NCBI GenBank assembly: GCA_025458005.1
Contig: JALOTG010000001.1
Span: 10,521 to 74,520 of the forward strand
DNA from: Thiobacillaceae bacterium
Lineage (GTDB): Bacteria > Pseudomonadota > Gammaproteobacteria > Burkholderiales > Thiobacillaceae
Direction: 5' to 3'
Length of the DNA: 64,000 bases
The translations under genes and the position numbers were made by a program. The notes beneath the pieces were generated by a model. The model was not told the origin of the DNA. It saw only the letters and a list, made by a program, of their open reading frames with translations, and did not search any database. This document shows, piece by piece, positions 50,230 through 62,057 of the stretch; the first letter of the stretch is position 1, and each line of letters starts with the position of its first letter.

Positions 50230-50682
50230 TCACTTGCGGATACGGGCCGAGAGGAAGCGGTCCAGCTGATTGGCGAAGGCCTGACGGTCGGCCTGGCCGT
50301 AACTCGCCGGGCCGGACACTTGTGTCCCCGCCCCGCGCAGCTCCGCCAGGAAATTGCGCATGGTCAGCCGTTCGCCGATGTTCTCGGCGCTGTAGAACTC
50401 GCCGCGTGGATCCAGGGCGTGCCCGCCCTTGTCGATGACCTCCGCCGCCAGCGGGATGTCCGCCGTCACCACCAGGTCGCCCGCCGCCACCCGCCGCAAG
50501 ATCTCGCTGTCCGCCACGTCGAAGCCGCCGGGCACCTGGAGGGCGCGGATATGGGGCGAGGGAGGCACCCGCTGAAGCCGGTTGGCCACCAGGGTCAATT
50601 CCAGCCCCAACCGGTCCGCGGCGCGGAACAGGATCTCCTTGATGACCGCCGGGCAGGCGTCGGCGTCGACCCAGATGCGCAT
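50230..50682 (-). CDS. yaiI: YaiI/YqxD-family protein (UPF0178/DUF188)
   Basis: [22 protein letters not shown]...[16 protein letters not shown] is the family hallmark. Confidence 0.8.
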   Translation of the reverse strand: MRIWVDADACPAVIKEILFRAADRLGLELTLVANRLQRVPPSPHIRALQVPGGFDVADSEILRRVAAGDLVVTADIPLAAEVIDKGGHALDPRGEFYSAENIGERLTMRNFLAELRGAGTQVSGPASYGQADRQAFANQLDRFLSARIRK

Positions 50683-50689
50683 GCGCGCC

Positions 50690-51232
50690 TCAGGCTGCCA
50701 GGGAGGGTGGATTGGCGCCCACCGCGCGCCGCCAGTAGTCCAGGGTCAGGGGACTGACCGTCCCGTTCGCAGTCGCGGCGATGCGCTCCAGGCAGTCGAG
50801 CAGCATGCGCGCATCCGATGCAAGCCCCAGCAGGGCGAGGGATTTCAGGATGCGGGTCAGGCGCAGGTGGTTGTGGTTATGCGCTGTCAGCCAGTGGCGA
50901 CCACGCTCGGAGAACTCCTTCGCCGGAGCGATCGAGGGCGTGTTCCCGCCGCCCTGGCAAGACAGGCCATAGAAGGCCAGCATCACCTGCATCGCCTCGC
51001 GCAGCCGGGCGCGCAGTCCGGGCTCGGCACGGAGGGCGGCGATGTCCTCGGCGCTCAGGGTCGGTGCCCAGGGGTTGTAGGCGCTCGGCTCGGCGAGCGG
51101 AAACAGCCATTGTATGTAGTCGTGCACGTTCTCCAGCTCCTCGGCTCCCCAGGCCAGCATGTCCTCCAGACGCCGGCCCGCGTGATCCGTGCCGGTGCCG
51201 CGGTAGAAGGCCAGCAGGGCGGAAGAGGTCAA
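50690..51232 (-). CDS. Opioid-growth-factor-receptor (OGFr) conserved-region-like protein
   Basis: [40 protein letters not shown]...[14 protein letters not shown] matches the bacterial OGFr_N-like pattern as I recall it. Confidence 0.6.
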   Translation of the reverse strand: MTSSALLAFYRGTGTDHAGRRLEDMLAWGAEELENVHDYIQWLFPLAEPSAYNPWAPTLSAEDIAALRAEPGLRARLREAMQVMLAFYGLSCQGGGNTPSIAPAKEFSERGRHWLTAHNHNHLRLTRILKSLALLGLASDARMLLDCLERIAATANGTVSPLTLDYWRRAVGANPPSLAA

Positions 51233-51249
51233 TCCATCCCCCGCCGCGC

Positions 51250-51834
51250 CTACCTCGCCGTCGGCTTCATGACCTCGACGCGGGTGATCAGCACATCCCT
51301 GCTTGGCACGTTCTCATGGTAGCCGGCGCTGGTGGTAGGCACCACGGCGATGCGGTTGACCACGTCCATGCCCCGCACGACCCTACCGAACACGGCGTAG
51401 CCCCAGCCCTGCTGGGTCTTGCCGGTATGGTCCAGCATGGGGTTGTCCACCAGGTTGATGAAGAACTGCACCGAGGCGGAATGGGGATCGGGGGTGCGCG
51501 CCATGGCGATGTTGCCGGCGACGTTCTTCAGCCCGTTGTCCGCCTCGTTGCGGATCGACGCGCCCTTGGGTTTCTCCTTCATGCCCGCCTCGAAGCCGCC
51601 ACCCTGGATCATGAAGCCGGGGATGACGCGGTGGAACAGGGTGCCCTCGTAGAAGCGCGCCTCGGTGTTCGCCAGGAAGTTCTTCACGGTTGCCGGCGCC
51701 TTGTCCGGGTATAGTTCGATCTCCACCGTGCCCAGGCTGGTGGTCATCTTCACCAGCGGGTTGGCGGCCAGGGCGGGCAATGCCAGACCCAGCAGGGCGG
51801 TCAGCACCAAGGTACGAGTTTTTATTGCGGTCAT
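51250..51834 (-). CDS. ppiA: Periplasmic cyclophilin-type peptidyl-prolyl isomerase
   Basis: A signal peptide followed by [15 protein letters not shown] and the [17 protein letters not shown] motifs. Confidence 0.9.
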   Translation of the reverse strand: MTAIKTRTLVLTALLGLALPALAANPLVKMTTSLGTVEIELYPDKAPATVKNFLANTEARFYEGTLFHRVIPGFMIQGGGFEAGMKEKPKGASIRNEADNGLKNVAGNIAMARTPDPHSASVQFFINLVDNPMLDHTGKTQQGWGYAVFGRVVRGMDVVNRIAVVPTTSAGYHENVPSRDVLITRVEVMKPTAR

Positions 51835-51883
51835 GTCGGATATCCGGAGGTCAGGTAGGTTTCACGTGGAACAGGGCATACGC

Positions 51884-52573
51884 TCAACGGTCGCCCACGG
51901 TCAGCGACCGGCCATTGTCCGCCGGTCCGAGATCAAGAAGGTAGGGCACCGCCGTCGCGGCCCATGCCGCGGCCGTGGGGTAGTTGCCGGCCTCGGCGCC
52001 GAAGCAGCTGCGCAGCATGTCGGTATCGATGATACCCGGAGACAGTGGGATCGCCGCCATGCCAGCCGGCAGTTCCTGGGCGAGGGCCTTGGTCAGTCCC
52101 TCGATGGCCCACTTGCTGGCGCAATAGGGCGCCACCCGGGGATCGGTTTCCCGCCCCCAGCCGGAACTGATGTTGACGACGACGCCACGACCGCGTTCCA
52201 CCATGGCCGGCAGGAAATGGCGGATGACGTTCGCCACCCCCTTGATGTTGACGTTCACCACGGCGTCGAACTCAGCCGCCGACACCTTCCACAATTCGGC
52301 GTTGCGGTTGATGAGGGCGGCATTGTTGATGAGCAGGTCCGGCGGGCCGGGCGCATTCAGGATCTGGGCGGCCCAGCCTGACACCTGGTCATCGCCGGTC
52401 ACGTCCACCACGTCGAAGCGGTGCGGCGAGCCGTATCTCATGCGCAGTTCCGCGATGCTCGCCGCGTCGCGGGCGCAGCCGATCACCGTGTGGCCCAGGG
52501 CGACGAAGCAGTCGGCCATGGCTCGCCCCAGGCCGCGGCTGACGCCGGTGACGAGAACAATCCTAGCGTCCAT
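51884..52573 (-). CDS. Short-chain dehydrogenase/reductase (SDR)
   Basis: IVLVTGVSRGLGRA (a TGxxxGxG variant), NNAA, and the YxxxK catalytic motif (YCASK). The start is the in-frame ATG at 52573. Confidence 0.85.
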   Translation of the reverse strand: MDARIVLVTGVSRGLGRAMADCFVALGHTVIGCARDAASIAELRMRYGSPHRFDVVDVTGDDQVSGWAAQILNAPGPPDLLINNAALINRNAELWKVSAAEFDAVVNVNIKGVANVIRHFLPAMVERGRGVVVNISSGWGRETDPRVAPYCASKWAIEGLTKALAQELPAGMAAIPLSPGIIDTDMLRSCFGAEAGNYPTAAAWAATAVPYLLDLGPADNGRSLTVGDR

Positions 52574-52769
52574 CGCTAGCCTTATCCTGTGGCTGTTCCG
52601 GCATGATGCCCCAGACATCCGGCCAATCCTCGCCGAGCAGTTCCATCGGGTGCTGGGTGCGGTCGGCGCCATTCCCGCAGGCCATGGCGCCCACGGCGCA
52701 GTATTTGTCGCAGCCCCAGCAGATGCGCTCGGGGTGGGCGGGATGCAGAGGAAACTTCCTGGCCATCAC
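52563..52769 (-). CDS. DUF3079-family small Cys-rich protein
   Basis: 68 aa. FPLHPAHPERICWGCDKYC is the DUF3079 signature as I recall it. It overlaps the SDR start by 11 nt. Confidence 0.6.
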   Translation of the reverse strand: MMARKFPLHPAHPERICWGCDKYCAVGAMACGNGADRTQHPMELLGEDWPDVWGIMPEQPQDKASDGR

Positions 52770-52793
52770 CCTCGTCTCGGCAACGTGGACGCG

Positions 52794-55259
<2,466 letters not shown>

Positions 55260-55352
55260 TCACGTGGAACAAAAGTCGGCGGCGAGGATGCCGGGCGGGG
55301 AAGAGGCCCGGGGTCAAGCCCCGGGCTGCTGCGTGCTTCCCCTGCGGATCGG

Positions 55353-56459
55353 TCAGATGCGCATCGGCATCACGACATAACGGAAATTATCCTCGCCGGG
55401 CACGGTGATCAGCATGGAACTGGTGGCGTCGCCGAAGGAGCAGAGCACGGATTCGCAATCCAGGTTGTTCAGCACGTCCTGCAGGTACTGGACGTTGAAG
55501 CCAATGTCCAGGGGCTCCTGGTTGTAATCGATGTCGAGCTCCTCCTGGGCCTCTTCCTGCTCGTTGTTGCTGCAGGCCAGGCGCAGGCTGCCGGCGGTCA
55601 GGGCCAGCCGCACACCGCGGTACTTCTCGTTGGTCAGGATGGCGGCGCGCGCCAGGGCCTGGTTGAGCCGTTGCCGGGAAATGGCAACGTGCTTTTCGTA
55701 ACCGCTGGGCACCACGCGCTGGTAGTCGGGAAACTTGCCGTCCACCACCTTGCTGCGCAGTTCGAAGGCGGGGTGACGAAACATGACTTGGCCGCTGGAC
55801 AACTGGACATGCAGCGGCTCGTCGCTGTCGTCCAGCAGCTTGATCAGTTCCTGCACCGTCTTGCGCGGCAGGATCAGGTCCATGCCCTGCTCGACAGGAT
55901 CGTCCAGAGCGGTGGCGTCCAGGGCCAGGCGATGACCGTCGGTGGCGGCGGCAAGCAGGCGTCCCTGCTGCAGCGACAGCAGCATGCCGTTGAGATAGTA
56001 GCGAATGTCCTGCACGGCCATGGCGTATTGCACCCGGGCGAGCAGGCGGCGCAGGCGTCCCTGGGGCAGGGCGATGCTTACCCCCTCGCCTTCCGCGATC
56101 TGTAGGCGTGGAAAGTCGCGCGCCGGGAGCGTCTGCAGGCTGAAGCGGCTCTTGCCGGCCTTCACCTTGAGCAGATCTCCGTCGAGTTCGAGTTGGATTC
56201 CCTCGCCTTCGGGCAGGGCGCGACAGATATCCAGCAGTTTTTTCGCCGACACGGTGAAGGCGGCCTGGGCCTGGGTTTCCTCACCCATCCAGGTCGTGAT
56301 CTGCAGTTCCAGGTCGGTGGCGACCAGGGCGGTGCGGTTCGCTTCCACCTCGATCAGCACGTTGGAGAGTATGGGCAGAGTGTGCTTGCGCTCCACGACG
56401 CCGACGGCAGCCTGCAGCGGCTTGAGCAGGGTGTCCTTGCGGGTTTTGAGAACGAGCAT
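55353..56459 (-). CDS. dnaN: DNA polymerase III beta sliding clamp
   Basis: MLVLKTRKDTLLKPLQAAVGVVERKHTLPILSNVLIEVEANRTALVATDLE...VVMPMRI. The start is the in-frame ATG at 56459. Confidence 0.95.
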   Translation of the reverse strand: MLVLKTRKDTLLKPLQAAVGVVERKHTLPILSNVLIEVEANRTALVATDLELQITTWMGEETQAQAAFTVSAKKLLDICRALPEGEGIQLELDGDLLKVKAGKSRFSLQTLPARDFPRLQIAEGEGVSIALPQGRLRRLLARVQYAMAVQDIRYYLNGMLLSLQQGRLLAAATDGHRLALDATALDDPVEQGMDLILPRKTVQELIKLLDDSDEPLHVQLSSGQVMFRHPAFELRSKVVDGKFPDYQRVVPSGYEKHVAISRQRLNQALARAAILTNEKYRGVRLALTAGSLRLACSNNEQEEAQEELDIDYNQEPLDIGFNVQYLQDVLNNLDCESVLCSFGDATSSMLITVPGEDNFRYVVMPMRI

Positions 56460-56666
56460 ATATATCTTCCTGTTGATGTTGTTTAGTCCCGGCTCAAATC
56501 CGGGATAACGCCAATAATCCCTTTTCAATCATCAGATTGTCCAGCCCGAAAGGCTGTGGAAAAGTGGCCGGGAAGCCTGTTGATTATTGTGGACAAGTCT
56601 AGTCCGAGCGCATATGGCCGATGCTTATCCCCATTTCATACCGGAGTTGTCCAAGACTTATCCCGT
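56460..56666. promoter_or_regulatory. Cluster of DnaA-box-like 9-mers in the dnaA-dnaN intergenic region (candidate oriC segment or DnaA-regulated dnaN promoter)
   Basis: Three 8/9 matches to TTATCCACA: TTTTCCACA (complement of 56555..56563), TTGTCCACA (complement of 56588..56596) and TTATCCCCA (56625..56633). At least four 6/9 matches: 56502, 56537, 56647 and 56658. Confidence 0.5.
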
Positions 56667-58031
56667 CAGTACCTGAACCAGCAGATTATGGTCGCGGCGC
56701 AGGGTTAGGTCGCTGTTGCGCAGCTCCTCGATCTTGCGGCAGGCGTGCAGCACCGTGGTGTGATCGCGGCCGCCGAAGGCCTGACCGATCTCCGGCAGGG
56801 ACAGGTCGGTCAGTTCCTTGGCCAGGAACATGGCCATCTGCCGGGGTCGCGCCAGGTTTCTGGTGCGTTTCTTGGAGAACATGTCGGCCACCTTGATCTT
56901 GTAGAAATCGGCCACCGTCTTCTGAATGTTCTCGATGGAGATCTGCCGGTTCTGCACCGCCAGCAGGTCCTTCAGGGCCTCCTTGGCCAGTTCCACGCTG
57001 ATCGGCAGCTTGTGGAAGCGGGCGTAGGCGATGACGCGCTTGAGCGCCCCCTCCAGTTCGCGAACGTTGGAGCGGATCTGCTTGGCGATGAAGAAGGCGG
57101 TGGCCTCGTCCACGCGCTCGCCTTCCTGCCTCGCCTTGTCCAGCAGGATGGCCACGCGCATCTCCAGCTCGGGCGGCTCCAGCATGACGGTGAGCCCCCA
57201 GCTGAAGCGTGATTTCAGCCGTTCCTCGATGCCCTCCATGTCCTTGGGGAATGTGTCGCTGGTGATGATCACCTGCTTGTGGGCCTCGATCAGGCTGTTG
57301 AAGGTGTAGAAGAACTCCTCCTGGGTGCGGTCCTTGTTGGCGAAGAACTGGATGTCGTCGATGAGCAGCACGTCCAGGGAATCATAGCGGCGCTTGAAAT
57401 CCTCGAAAGACTTGGTGCGGATGGCCCGCACCATGTCCGAGAAATAGCGCTCGGCATGGATGTAGCGCACGTTGGCGGCGGGGTCGTACTCCTTGACCTT
57501 GTTGCCGATTGCCTGGATCAGGTGCGTTTTGCCCAGACCGACGCCACCGTAGACGAAGAGGGGGTTGTATCCGGCACCCGGATTGTCCGCCACCTGCAGG
57601 GCGGCCGCCCTGGCCAGATCGTTGGCCTTGCCGCGCACGAAGCTGTCGAAGTTGAACAAGGGGTTCAGGCGGCTGTCTTGCGGGGGCTGTGCCTGACGAG
57701 CCTTGCGCGGCGTCGGCACGGGATCCGCGGGCTCTAGGACGGAGACGGGACTGGCGCTGTCCGGTTCGACGCGCGTGGGCGAGGGCTTTTGGCCCTCCTC
57801 GCCCACGGTCAGCACCACCGGACGCTTCTTCTCGAAGTACTGTTCCGCCAGCAGCTCAATGTCCTGCAGAAACCTGTCCTTGATCCACTGTGCGACGAAG
57901 CGGTTCGGCGCGGTGACTCGCACATGCGACCCTTCCTCCTCGACGCTGAGGGGCTTCAGCCAAGTGTTGAGTTGTTGCGTGTTGACCGTCTGCGCGAAAT
58001 GGGCGAGACAATGGGTCCAGAAACCACTCAT
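56658..58031 (-). CDS. dnaA: Chromosomal replication initiator DnaA
   Basis: MSGFWTHCLAHFAQTV...NPLFVYGGVGLGKTHLIQAIGN...DRTQEEFFYTFNSL...GGRDHTTVLHACRKI. The start is the in-frame ATG at 58031. Confidence 0.95.
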   Translation of the reverse strand: MSGFWTHCLAHFAQTVNTQQLNTWLKPLSVEEEGSHVRVTAPNRFVAQWIKDRFLQDIELLAEQYFEKKRPVVLTVGEEGQKPSPTRVEPDSASPVSVLEPADPVPTPRKARQAQPPQDSRLNPLFNFDSFVRGKANDLARAAALQVADNPGAGYNPLFVYGGVGLGKTHLIQAIGNKVKEYDPAANVRYIHAERYFSDMVRAIRTKSFEDFKRRYDSLDVLLIDDIQFFANKDRTQEEFFYTFNSLIEAHKQVIITSDTFPKDMEGIEERLKSRFSWGLTVMLEPPELEMRVAILLDKARQEGERVDEATAFFIAKQIRSNVRELEGALKRVIAYARFHKLPISVELAKEALKDLLAVQNRQISIENIQKTVADFYKIKVADMFSKKRTRNLARPRQMAMFLAKELTDLSLPEIGQAFGGRDHTTVLHACRKIEELRNSDLTLRRDHNLLVQVLTG

Positions 58032-58184
58032 GGCTAAGCGGGGAGAATTCGAGTCAGGGAAAGCGTTGTAGGGGAGATACGTGTCGATTGTAGCATGCGC
58101 CGGATGACCGGCCAGCAATAGAATTTATTGACAAATTAGTGAGTTACAAGTTTAAATTTCGTGTTTTAAAGACGAGGTCTGAAA

Positions 58185-58319
58185 ATGAAACGCACCTACC
58201 AGCCCTCCGTGGTCCGTCGCAAGCGCACCCACGGTTTTCGTGCCCGCATGAAGACCAAGAGCGGCCGGGCCATCATCAACGCTCGCCGCGCCAAGGGCCG
58301 CAAGCGTCTGGCCGTTTGA
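58185..58319 (+). CDS. rpmH: 50S ribosomal protein L34
   Basis: Not in the ORF track because it is only 44 aa. It translates to [51 protein letters not shown] / 17-nt spacer / TTTAAA promoter-like sequence lies upstream (58128..58156). Confidence 0.92.
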   Translation: MKRTYQPSVVRRKRTHGFRARMKTKSGRAIINARRAKGRKRLAV

Positions 58320-58328
58320 CGCCGGGGG

Positions 58329-58727
58329 TTGACTCCCGATACGGGCCGGCCTCTTCGTCTGGGCCGGGACAGGAAGCTGCGAACAACGGATGACTTCTCA
58401 TCCGTTTTTCGTTTCAAACGGGTCATGCGTGGCGCCTGCGTCGACATCTATGCGCGTCCCAATGGGCTGCCTCACGCCCGACTGGGGATGATCGTCTCGC
58501 GTCGGGTGGCGAGACACGCGGTGGCGCGCAACCTCTACAAGCGCCTGATGCGCGAGATGTTCAGGCTGCGGCAGCATGAACTGGCGTCCTTGGACCTGGT
58601 GGCGCGCCTCAAGGCGGCCTGCCCCAGGGATCGGTTCAGGGAAGAATTCAACCGCTTGCTTGCCCTCTGCCAGGCAAGCCAATGGGGGCGGCCGGACGCG
58701 CCGACCCCGGATGCGAGCACGTCATAG
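58329..58727 (+). CDS. rnpA: Ribonuclease P protein component
   Basis: RLGRDRKLRTTDDFSSVFRF...ARLGMIVSRRVARHAVARNLYKRLMRE (the RNR motif region). It lies directly after rpmH. The start codon is uncertain (TTG at 58329). Confidence 0.85.
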   Translation: MTPDTGRPLRLGRDRKLRTTDDFSSVFRFKRVMRGACVDIYARPNGLPHARLGMIVSRRVARHAVARNLYKRLMREMFRLRQHELASLDLVARLKAACPRDRFREEFNRLLALCQASQWGRPDAPTPDASTS

Positions 58728-58730
58728 AAC

Positions 58731-60395
58731 ATGGACACGCAACGCCTGATCGCCTTCGTCGTTTTCTCCTTCTCCCTCCTGTTGCTCTGGGAGGCCTGGC
58801 AGGACTACAACCGTCCTAAGACCGAGACGCACGCCATCCAGTCCGGGCAGCAAGCTGGGGCGCCGGCGCCCGCCGACACGGCCGCCGCCTTGCCCAAGCC
58901 GGGCGCGGGGCTCAGGCCGGCCTCGCCCCAGACCGGCAAGCTGGATCAGGGCGAGCGGCTGGTGGTGAAGACCGACGTCCTCACCGCGGTCATCGATACT
59001 CATGGCGGCGACATCCGTCAGCTCACCCTGGACGGCTATCGGCAGAACGAGGACAAGACCAAGCCCTATCAGCTGTTCGAGGAACGCGGCGGCCGCAACT
59101 ACCTGGCCCAGTCGGGCTTCATCGGCCAGGGACTGCCTTCGCACAAGACGCTCTATGAGCTGCCTTCAGGCGACTACACGCTCAAGCCTGGCCAGGACGA
59201 GATTCGCCTGAGCATGAAGGCGGTCTCCGAGAACGCTCAGGTGGTCAAGACCTACGTCTTCCGCCGCGGCAGCTATGTGGTGCAGGTCCGGCACGAGGTG
59301 ACCAATACCGGCCAGAGCCCGCTCGAGGGCTATCCCTATTACCAGCTAGTGCGCCACGGCGAGGCCCCCGAAGGCGAATCCGCCTTCGTCCACACCTTCA
59401 CCGGCCCGGTCGTGTACACCGAGGTGGGCAAATACCAGAAGGTCAGTTTCGAGGACATCGCCAAGGGCAAGCAGGAACACGTCAAGGAAGCCCAGGACGG
59501 CTGGATCGGACTGGCCCAGCATCACTTCGTCGCCGTCTGGCTGACCCGTGACCCGCAGGATACTTCCAAGCGCGAGTTCTACACGCGAGACCTGGGCAAC
59601 GGCGAGTACGCTGCCGGCATGATCCTGCCCGCCGTGCAGGTTGCGCCCGGCGAGAGCCGGGAGATCGGCGTGCGACTCTATGCCGGTCCGCAGGAACTGG
59701 AAAAGATCCAGTCGCTCGCCCCCGGCATGGAATACGTGGTCGACTACGGCTGGTTGCACGTGCTCGCCTATCCCCTGTTCTGGCTGCTCAACCAGCTGAA
59801 CAAGCTGGTCGACAACTGGGGGGTTGCCATCATCCTGCTGACGGTGATCATCAAGCTGGTCTTCTATCCCCTGTCGGCCGCCAGCTACAAGTCCATGGCG
59901 CACATGCGCAAGCTGGCCCCGCGCCTGCAGCAGCTCAAGGAAACCTACGGCGACGACCGGCAGAAGCTGCACGAGAACATGATGAAGATCTACCAGGAGG
60001 AGAAGATCAATCCGCTCGGCGGCTGCCTGCCCATCCTGGTGCAGATCCCCGTGTTCATCGCCCTGTACTGGGTGCTGCTCGGCGCCGTGGAGCTCCGGCA
60101 GGCGCCGTTCGCCTTCTGGATCACCGACCTCTCGGCCAAGGATCCCTACTACATCCTGCCCTTGGTCATGGCCGCCACCATGTTCATCCAGATGAAGCTG
60201 AGCCCGACGCCGCCCGACCCGGTGCAGGCCAAGGTGATGATGGCGATGCCCATCGTCTTCTCGGTGTTCTTCTTCTTCTTCCCCGCCGGCCTGGTGCTCT
60301 ACTGGCTGGTCAACAACGTCCTGTCCATCCTGCAGCAGTGGCGCATCACTCAGGTGATCGAGCGCGCCGGCCATGGCAAGGCCGCCAAGAAATGA
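58731..60395 (+). CDS. yidC: Membrane protein insertase YidC
   Basis: [24 protein letters not shown]...[15 protein letters not shown]...[23 protein letters not shown]. Confidence 0.95.
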   Translation: MDTQRLIAFVVFSFSLLLLWEAWQDYNRPKTETHAIQSGQQAGAPAPADTAAALPKPGAGLRPASPQTGKLDQGERLVVKTDVLTAVIDTHGGDIRQLTLDGYRQNEDKTKPYQLFEERGGRNYLAQSGFIGQGLPSHKTLYELPSGDYTLKPGQDEIRLSMKAVSENAQVVKTYVFRRGSYVVQVRHEVTNTGQSPLEGYPYYQLVRHGEAPEGESAFVHTFTGPVVYTEVGKYQKVSFEDIAKGKQEHVKEAQDGWIGLAQHHFVAVWLTRDPQDTSKREFYTRDLGNGEYAAGMILPAVQVAPGESREIGVRLYAGPQELEKIQSLAPGMEYVVDYGWLHVLAYPLFWLLNQLNKLVDNWGVAIILLTVIIKLVFYPLSAASYKSMAHMRKLAPRLQQLKETYGDDRQKLHENMMKIYQEEKINPLGGCLPILVQIPVFIALYWVLLGAVELRQAPFAFWITDLSAKDPYYILPLVMAATMFIQMKLSPTPPDPVQAKVMMAMPIVFSVFFFFFPAGLVLYWLVNNVLSILQQWRITQVIERAGHGKAAKK

Positions 60396-61713
60396 CATCA
60401 TCGCCGCCGTCGCCACCGCCCCGGGGCGGGGCGGCATCGGCGTCGTGCGGGTCTCCGGGCCGGACCTGAGGGAGATCGTCGCGGGGGTCCTGGGCAGGCC
60501 CCTGGAACCGCGCCGGGCGACCCACGCCCGCTTCCTGGACGAGAGCGGTGAGACCCTGGACGAGGGCATTGCCCTGTACTTTCGCGCGCCGCATTCCTTC
60601 ACCGGCGAGGAGGTGCTCGAATTGCAGGGCCACGGCGGTCCCCAGGTGCTGGCCATGATCCTGCAGCGTTGCGTGGCACTGGGCGCGCGGCCGGCGGAGC
60701 CCGGCGAGTTCAGCCGGCGCGCCTTCCTCAACGACAAGCTCGACCTCGCCCAGGCCGAGGCCATCGCCGACCTGATCGACGCGCAGAGCCAGGCGGCGGC
60801 ACGCTCCGCGGTGCGGTCCCTGACCGGCGAGCTCTCGCGCGAAGTGCACGACTTGGTGGAGGCCCTGATCCGCCTGCGCATGCTGGTGGAGGCCACCCTG
60901 GACTTTCCCGAGGAGGAGATCGACTTCCTGCGCCAGGCCGATGCCTTCGGCCAACTCGACGGCATCGACGCCAGACTCGCGGCGCTGCGGGCCCGGGCCC
61001 ACCAAGGCGCGCTGTTGCGGGAAGGCCTGACGGTGGTACTGATCGGCCAGCCCAACGTCGGCAAGTCCTCGCTGCTCAACCGCCTGGCCGGCTACGAGGC
61101 GGCCATCGTCACGGAGATCGCCGGCACCACCCGCGATACGGTCCGCGAGGCGATCCAGATCGAGGGCGTGCCGATCCACGTGGTCGACACCGCCGGCCTG
61201 CGCGACACCGACGACCCGGTGGAGGCCCAGGGCATTGCCCGCACCTGGGCGGCGCTGGACAGGGCGGACGTCGCGCTGCTGCTGGTGGATGCCGCCCATG
61301 GTGTCGGTGACCGGGAGGCCGGCATCCTGGAGCGCCTGCCCGATATTCCCTTGCTGACGGTGCACAACAAGATCGATCTGACCGGGGAAGCGCCGCGCCT
61401 GTCAGAGGACGGTCGGGAAATCTGGCTGTCCGCCAGGGAAGGCCACGGCATCGAACTGCTGACCCGACGCCTGCTGGATCTGGCCGGCTGGCAGGCGGCC
61501 GGGGAAGGCGGCTTCATGGCGCGCGGTCGCCACCTCGCCGCGCTGCGCGAGGCGGCAGCGCACCTCGGGCTCGCACGCGAACAGGCCGGCCAGCTGGAAC
61601 TGTTCGCCGAGGAGCTGCGCCTGGCTCAGGAGGCCCTGTCGAACATCACCGGAGAATTCACATCCGACGACCTCCTTGGGGTCATCTTCAGCCAGTTTTG
61701 CATCGGAAAGTAA
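60373..61713 (+). CDS. mnmE: tRNA uridine-5-carboxymethylaminomethyl modification GTPase MnmE (TrmE)
   Basis: [22 protein letters not shown]..., the G-domain motifs [12 protein letters not shown] and DTAGLR, and the C-terminal FCIGK. Confidence 0.9.
   Translation: MARPPRNDIIAAVATAPGRGGIGVVRVSGPDLREIVAGVLGRPLEPRRATHARFLDESGETLDEGIALYFRAPHSFTGEEVLELQGHGGPQVLAMILQRCVALGARPAEPGEFSRRAFLNDKLDLAQAEAIADLIDAQSQAAARSAVRSLTGELSREVHDLVEALIRLRMLVEATLDFPEEEIDFLRQADAFGQLDGIDARLAALRARAHQGALLREGLTVVLIGQPNVGKSSLLNRLAGYEAAIVTEIAGTTRDTVREAIQIEGVPIHVVDTAGLRDTDDPVEAQGIARTWAALDRADVALLLVDAAHGVGDREAGILERLPDIPLLTVHNKIDLTGEAPRLSEDGREIWLSAREGHGIELLTRRLLDLAGWQAAGEGGFMARGRHLAALREAAAHLGLAREQAGQLELFAEELRLAQEALSNITGEFTSDDLLGVIFSQFCIGK
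61696..61713 (+). other. Candidate attL core (last 18 bp of mnmE) for the downstream integrative element
   Basis: TTTTGCATCGGAAAGTAA. The element's int gene starts 345 bp downstream. The 3' end of mnmE/trmE is a known attachment site for SGI1-family and related islands. The exact crossover is not determinable without attR. Confidence 0.3.
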
Positions 61714-61826
61714 GACTGCTTCCTGGGCAGTCCTAAGCCGTCCACAATCCACTTTATCAGACAATGAGTTACGTGAGCTTGTGAGCCCGTAACGTCCATT
61801 GCATACCCTGGGAATCCGGCCTAAAA

Positions 61827-62046
61827 TGTTCCCAGATTTGTTCCCAAGTCCTGATGAAGTGTTCCCAAGTAGGGTCCGGGAAGTGTTCCCAAGCCTGCAA
61901 AACGGGCGGCATCTTCGGGATAATTTGGGAACATCCGGCGGGAACGATTCGGCTGTAAGCAAGCATCCATGCTATTTACGGGCATTTGTTCCCAAGTATT
62001 TTGATGTACCCGAGTCGGCGGACCGATTTTGGGAACATGGGAACAA
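61827..62046. repeat. Array of at least 8 copies of a TGTTCCCAAG motif (5 direct, 3-4 inverted) upstream of int
   Basis: Direct copies at 61827, 61839, 61860, 61884 and 61987. Inverted TTTGGGAACAT at 61924 and 62028. Inverted GGGAACAA at 62039, and a partial GGGAACG at 61940. Confidence 0.85.
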
Positions 62047-62057
62047 AGGGGGTGAAC

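Noticed and set aside
58032-58184. The rpmH-dnaA intergenic region as the classical oriC.
   Set aside because: It is only 153 bp. It contains the rpmH promoter-like TTGACA/TTTAAA and at best one 7/9 DnaA-box match. The box cluster lies on the other side of dnaA.
58500-58760. An expected yidD gene (membrane protein insertion efficiency factor) between or overlapping rnpA and yidC.
   Set aside because: No frame in this interval encodes the conserved Cys-containing YidD motif. rnpA ends 3 nt before yidC. yidD appears absent from this locus, though it may be elsewhere. Not interesting enough to list as a finding.
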